Source: a virus
Virus record (IMG/VR): IMGVR_UViG_3300023504_000199
DNA: 37,110 nt
Strand: one strand, 5' to 3'
Shown: piece after piece, positions 33,463 through 37,110 of the stretch
Layout: every line of letters starts with the position of its first letter
Position numbering within the stretch: the stretch's first letter is position 1
The notes under the pieces: model-generated
Databases searched by the model: none
The model's input: the letters and a program-made list of their open reading frames with translations, nothing else
Told to the model about the DNA's origin: nothing
Program-made: the position numbers and the translations under genes

Positions 33463-33546
33463 CTATTTTTTAGAACCTATAAAAATAGCTATAGTAAAAA
33501 CTCCTATAATACTTCCAATTCCTAAACCTATTATAAAATTAATCAT
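33463..33546 (-). CDS. 27-aa single-TM micro-protein at the head of the lysis cassette
   Basis: ATG at 33546 preceded by AAAGGAGGGAAA. Translation MINFIIGLGIGSIIGVFTIAIFIGSKK. Confidence 0.4.
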   Translation of the reverse strand: MINFIIGLGIGSIIGVFTIAIFIGSKK

Positions 33547-33577
33547 TTTCCCTCCTTTCCCTTGTCAATTTATGACA

Positions 33578-33614
33578 TTAAAAAAGAGCACCTAAAAAAT
33601 CAATAGCTACTCTT
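33578..33614 (-). terminator. Candidate terminator after the zinc-ribbon gene
   Basis: Minus RNA agaguagcu-(11 nt)-aggugcucu followed by UUUUUAAUG. Eight of nine positions pair, including one G-U. Confidence 0.45.
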
Positions 33615-33632
33615 TTCTAATTAAAATTTTAT

Positions 33633-33857
33633 CTATAAATTATATCTTTTCTTTCTTTTTCCAAATAATTCTTTTTGTTTATTCATAGAATCTAACATTG
33701 AATTTGTTGATACTATAATTACATTATTGCTATTACATTTTGGACATTTTTCATATTCTCCTATATTGATTGTAAGAGTACTGTTTTCAATCGTATATTC
33801 TAAGCCACAATCCTTACACTTTAATAAAGTATAACATTCCCATGACACTTTATTCAT
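33633..33857 (-). CDS. 4-Cys zinc-ribbon protein with basic tail, translationally coupled to the upstream metallopeptidase gene
   Basis: The preferred start MNKVSW at 33857 follows AAAGGAG. ATG overlaps the upstream stop (ATGAATAA). It carries CKDC ... CPKC and ends KRKKRYNL. Confidence 0.65.
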   Translation of the reverse strand: MNKVSWECYTLLKCKDCGLEYTIENSTLTINIGEYEKCPKCNSNNVIIVSTNSMLDSMNKQKELFGKRKKRYNL

Positions 33858-34965
33858 CTCCTTTAAATAAAGATTTAAAATCACATTTATCATATGGTGC
33901 AAGATGAGTATAATGGACATCTAACATTTCTCTAACCTGTTTCCAATTATCATGTACTTTTTGCATGTGATTAATTCCTAATTCAGTTTTCATTATACTT
34001 ATAAATTGAGGATCTGCTACATCTTCGAAACTTTTAATAAAAATAAACAATGCTTTTAAAACTCTTTCTGATATTTGATTTATTTGTTCTTCTTTAAAAA
34101 ATCCCGTATTTGACAAAGTATTAAATGCATTAAGTGCTATATAACAAATTCTTAAACCGGGTACAGGATGGGTTAAATGTTCTAATTTTTTTTTGTTTAA
34201 AATATCTTTTTTATTACTTGCACCATCAAGCCAATTATATAAAATATATAGACCTATAAGAACACCTGCTAAAAATCGTATTAATGAATCAATTATACAA
34301 CCAAAATCCCCCATTCCCATATTGATAAATGTCATTTGATACATTCTAATTTCTTCATTAATCAAAGCTGCTATAGCACAACAATCTGCATCATATTCCA
34401 ATGTTTGAATTATCATAGAATGTTCTATATTTACATTAGAACTTACTTCACATAATTCATATATTCCAAGTTTTCTTCCTAAATCACAATGACCATTATT
34501 AATATGAAAAAATTCGTGAAATACTAAAAATTTAATACAATTTTTGTATAATACTTGGTTCATTCTCCAAGGTATGACCCTTCCTACTTCTGGAATATTT
34601 GAGAATGCTTCATCCTCAACAAAATATTTAATTCTTTCCTTTAAGAATATGTTTAAACCTTTTAATATTCCTATACAATATTCTTCGTCAATTTTAGTTG
34701 CAAATGCATTTGGAATTAATGAATTTACTGAATAAACATTTATATGTGGATGATAATTATCTTTGTCCATATTAAGATTATCCCACTCAGTATTTTTTAA
34801 TCCTTCAGGTGTTATGATACAAACCTTTTTATTATTATAATATGTATTCAACATACTACTTATCCATTTTATTTCTTTATGAATAATATGATCTTCTTCA
34901 GTTATATCATCAGTATATATTCCACCATACTTAGCATAAATTTCATTAAATCGTTTTTTTATCAT
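33850..34965 (-). CDS. M48/ImmA-like HExxH zinc metallopeptidase-domain protein
   Basis: 371 aa. IPNAFAT, then FLVFHEFFHINNGH (HExxH), then QTLEYDADCCAIAAL (E..D/N..A pattern). Hydrophobic stretch FLAGVLIGLYILYNWL. RBS GGAGGAA. Confidence 0.6.
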   Translation of the reverse strand: MIKKRFNEIYAKYGGIYTDDITEEDHIIHKEIKWISSMLNTYYNNKKVCIITPEGLKNTEWDNLNMDKDNYHPHINVYSVNSLIPNAFATKIDEEYCIGILKGLNIFLKERIKYFVEDEAFSNIPEVGRVIPWRMNQVLYKNCIKFLVFHEFFHINNGHCDLGRKLGIYELCEVSSNVNIEHSMIIQTLEYDADCCAIAALINEEIRMYQMTFINMGMGDFGCIIDSLIRFLAGVLIGLYILYNWLDGASNKKDILNKKKLEHLTHPVPGLRICYIALNAFNTLSNTGFFKEEQINQISERVLKALFIFIKSFEDVADPQFISIMKTELGINHMQKVHDNWKQVREMLDVHYTHLAPYDKCDFKSLFKGDE

Positions 34966-34994
34966 TTAAATTCCTCCATTATATTGGTATATTA

Positions 34995-35029
34995 TGATAT
35001 AATAGAGTTAACAAAACACTATTATATCA
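34995..35029. promoter_or_regulatory. 11-bp perfect inverted repeat TGATATAATAG / CTATTATATCA (13-bp spacer), an extended -10-like box on each strand
   Basis: Arms at 34995-35005 and 35019-35029, lying 30-64 nt upstream of the metallopeptidase ATG. Confidence 0.45.
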
Positions 35030-35072
35030 AGAACTCACAGGTGTCGGATACCTTATGTGGGTTCTTTTTTTC
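35030..35072 (+). terminator. Plus-strand-favoured rho-independent terminator between the tail operon and the metallopeptidase cassette
   Basis: agaactcaca ... tgtgggttct (G-U on the plus strand only, C-A mismatch on the minus strand), an inner ggtg/tacc stem, then TTTTTTTTC. Confidence 0.55.
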
Positions 35073-35164
35073 ATATTTCTATAAAAAGTCTGAATATCCT
35101 CTAATTTTTGACAATAAAAAAGAACTTATTTATTAAGTCCTATGTTCTTAATATTTAATTCTTA

Positions 35165-35188
35165 TTCGCAATATTTTTAAATTGCGAA
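35165..35188 (-). terminator. Weak hairpin after the last tail gene
   Basis: ttcgcaat-atttttaa-attgcgaa. The downstream U tract is poor. Confidence 0.3.
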
Positions 35189-35198
35189 CTAAGTAAAA

Positions 35199-37049
35199 CT
35201 ATAAATTTTTTATTATTTTTGCCATTTTCCTACCAATTTTAACTTGACCTTTTGCTGTTGGGTGACCTCCATTTATACAATCGAGTTGATTTGTAACATA
35301 TTGTGAATATCCGCAATATCTAGTTTCTATATATTCGACCCCATATAATTCAGCACATTTTTTTAAAGGATTTATATAAGTATCATTAATACCTAAACCA
35401 CCTGCGGGAGTATATCCAATTGCAATAATCGCATTTGGCCAAGTATTACAAGCATAATTCAAAGTAGCTTGTATTCCTCCATAATAAGTATTTAAATTAT
35501 AATCATCTATAGATAGACTTGTTGATAATTCACCTATCTCTAAAGAATTATTTTTATCATTAGTACCCATAGCTATCACTATGTAATCTATATTTGTATT
35601 CTTATCATATGTTTTTATTTGTTCATATGCTGTTGGGACTTTACCATCTGTATAAGTAAAAGTTGCACTAGACCTAGCAGTATTTAAATTTGAAGTTTGT
35701 AAAATTTTATTTACTTCTGCTTGCCAAAGATTAGGAGCAGAAAAACTGTCACCTATTGACAAAAATACTTTTTCTGCAAGTTCATTAACACCCAAATAAT
35801 TTTTTAAATATGTGATATTATTTTTATTTCTTAAAATTGGTACTATATCATCATATGGGACAAAAGTGCTATGTAATTCGTTTCTATTAAGTCCGTGTCT
35901 ATGTAATGTAAATTTAAAATCTTCAGGAGGTGTAGAATTTGTAAGTCTACATTTTATATAAAAAGTATCATTAGGTACTATGTACTTTCCAACATTATAT
36001 GTCAAACTTTTACCAAGTGGTTGTTTTTCTTTATCATAACAAGTTATTGTATAACTTCCTCCGTACAAAGTTTCGCCAGGTACTACTTCTTCAATTCCTG
36101 ATTCATGTGCATAATAATCTCCTTGCTTATAATGGGTAATATTGGCAGGATTTATTATAGCCCATCTAAAGTTTTTTAGCACTTTTAATTTGTCTATATC
36201 TATATATTCATCTGATAAATTATCATTAAGATTTATAGTAGATTTTTTTATGCCTAATTCTATATTTTTATATATAGATTTGATAAATTGATTATCTGTT
36301 ATTTGAATATCGTACAAATTATGGTAACTATCATAATCATGTGCTTTATCTCCTAAATATACTTGTACCTGATTATTAGTAAATTGAACTCTCAGATAAT
36401 AAATACCTTCAGGAACTGTCCAAGTTGATTTATTTGAAAAAACATTACCATTAGTATATTTTTTATTTATATCATAAAAATGTACTTTTGAATAATTTTT
36501 TAAATTAACCAAATCACCAGGATTAACTTTTATATAATTACTAATTTTGTTGTTATTATAAGTATTAGTTGAATCAGTAGCATCTGAATACCAATTTCCA
36601 TCAGTAGCTGAATTTACATCTACCTCATTATAATAGAGAAATCTAATCCATGAATTTTTTTTCAATTCTATACTACCATCTTCTATACTTAATGTACTTA
36701 AAGAACCATCATCTATTTTACTTTGAATTATACTTGTTAATTGTTCATCTGTAACTACTGCTGTAGGTATTTCTACAGTTGCTACTTGTTTTCCATCATT
36801 CAGTAATTTTAATGTTTGCCCACTCATACTCATTGTTATTTTAGATAGGTCAACATCACTTCCACCTATTTCGATTCCATCACCTATAAGTGTTCCATCT
36901 TGTTTCTTAATATAAACTTTTCCATCTGTATGTTTTGTAAGAGATAAGTTCGCAATATCTTTAAATTGCGTATCTAATTTTTTGATTGATTCTCTAGCCT
37001 TTGTATCAATTATATTAAATTCTTCTATTTGATTTACTTCTTTTGCCAT
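35199..37049 (-). CDS. Tail fibre protein with C-terminal SGNH/GDSL hydrolase (esterase) domain
   Basis: 616 aa. Block I FLSIGDSFSAP, block III AMGTNDKNN, block V INGGHPT. Fibre-like N-terminus. The RBS and ATG follow the stop of the 452-aa gene across the circular junction. Confidence 0.65.
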   Translation of the reverse strand: MAKEVNQIEEFNIIDTKARESIKKLDTQFKDIANLSLTKHTDGKVYIKKQDGTLIGDGIEIGGSDVDLSKITMSMSGQTLKLLNDGKQVATVEIPTAVVTDEQLTSIIQSKIDDGSLSTLSIEDGSIELKKNSWIRFLYYNEVDVNSATDGNWYSDATDSTNTYNNNKISNYIKVNPGDLVNLKNYSKVHFYDINKKYTNGNVFSNKSTWTVPEGIYYLRVQFTNNQVQVYLGDKAHDYDSYHNLYDIQITDNQFIKSIYKNIELGIKKSTINLNDNLSDEYIDIDKLKVLKNFRWAIINPANITHYKQGDYYAHESGIEEVVPGETLYGGSYTITCYDKEKQPLGKSLTYNVGKYIVPNDTFYIKCRLTNSTPPEDFKFTLHRHGLNRNELHSTFVPYDDIVPILRNKNNITYLKNYLGVNELAEKVFLSIGDSFSAPNLWQAEVNKILQTSNLNTARSSATFTYTDGKVPTAYEQIKTYDKNTNIDYIVIAMGTNDKNNSLEIGELSTSLSIDDYNLNTYYGGIQATLNYACNTWPNAIIAIGYTPAGGLGINDTYINPLKKCAELYGVEYIETRYCGYSQYVTNQLDCINGGHPTAKGQVKIGRKMAKIIKNL

Positions 37050-37055
37050 ATTCTC

Positions 37056-37110
37056 TCCCTCCTATCTTATAGATCCTTGTACCATGAGTTTTCTTTGAAT
37101 GTTTTATCAT
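37056..37110. repeat. 55-bp terminal duplication, copy 2 (identical to 1..55)
   Basis: Exact identity read directly. Confidence 0.9.

Noticed and set aside
34544-35136. Plus-strand ORFs 34544..34735 and 34879..35136
   Set aside because: The first is antisense to the metallopeptidase gene. The second spans the inverted repeat and the terminator and has no RBS.
37056-37110. The terminal 55-bp repeat as a biological direct terminal repeat, LTR or transposon end
   Set aside because: It is a direct rather than inverted repeat. It cuts through the stop-RBS-start junction of two consecutive tail genes, and it equals a common assembler k-mer length. No transposase or target-site duplication is present. 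Circular-assembly overlap is the simpler explanation.

Overview
This very AT-rich window looks like a low-GC Firmicute, Clostridium-like by eye. No composition statistic or database search was run. It appears to be one complete, circularly closed temperate siphovirus-type genome. Bases 1-55 recur exactly at 37056-37110, giving a unit length of 37,055 bp, and the tail gene cluster reads straight across that junction. Almost all genes are on the minus strand. In transcription order (high to low coordinates) the modules are as follows. (1) A lysogeny switch at 25.9-26.6 kb holds a plus-strand XRE repressor facing a leftward early operon. (2) The early, replication and maintenance genes lie at 25.9-16.6 kb. 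They include an HTH protein, a Rho_N-like protein, an HUH rolling-circle Rep behind a hairpin-rich non-coding region, VRR-NUC, ParA, ParB, a Myb/SANT-like protein, a MazG-like protein, SSB and a sigma/RinA-like late activator. (3) A small moron pair at 16.4-15.6 kb includes a lipoprotein. (4) An HK97-type packaging, head and tail module runs from 15.6 kb down to 12 and continues across the junction into 37049-35199. It encodes HNH, TerS, TerL, portal, ClpP-like protease, capsid, connectors, major tail protein, a frameshifted chaperone, tape measure, Dit, a Tal-like protein and three enzyme-bearing fibre proteins. (5) A terminator-bounded two-gene cassette at 34965-33633 encodes an M48/ImmA-like HExxH metallopeptidase and a zinc-ribbon protein. 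(6) A lysis cassette at 33546-32052 encodes a micro-TM peptide, XhlA-like protein, holin and Amidase_3/SH3 endolysin. (7) An accessory arm at 32.0-27.0 kb holds a 3'-truncated 1-Cys peroxiredoxin, a small membrane protein, an overlapping three-gene operon, a 300-bp non-coding region with phased TTGGGCACT repeats, and a tyrosine integrase. The three-gene operon encodes a PP2C-like protein, a Replic_Relax-like wHTH/nuclease and an FtsK/SpoIIIE ATPase. The combination of integrase, ParAB and HUH Rep suggests a phage-plasmid. The two best candidates for an undescribed system are the metallopeptidase/zinc-ribbon cassette and the PP2C/Replic_Relax/FtsK operon. I saw no rRNA, tRNA, CRISPR array or IS element. 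All functional calls rest on motifs read by eye and on synteny.
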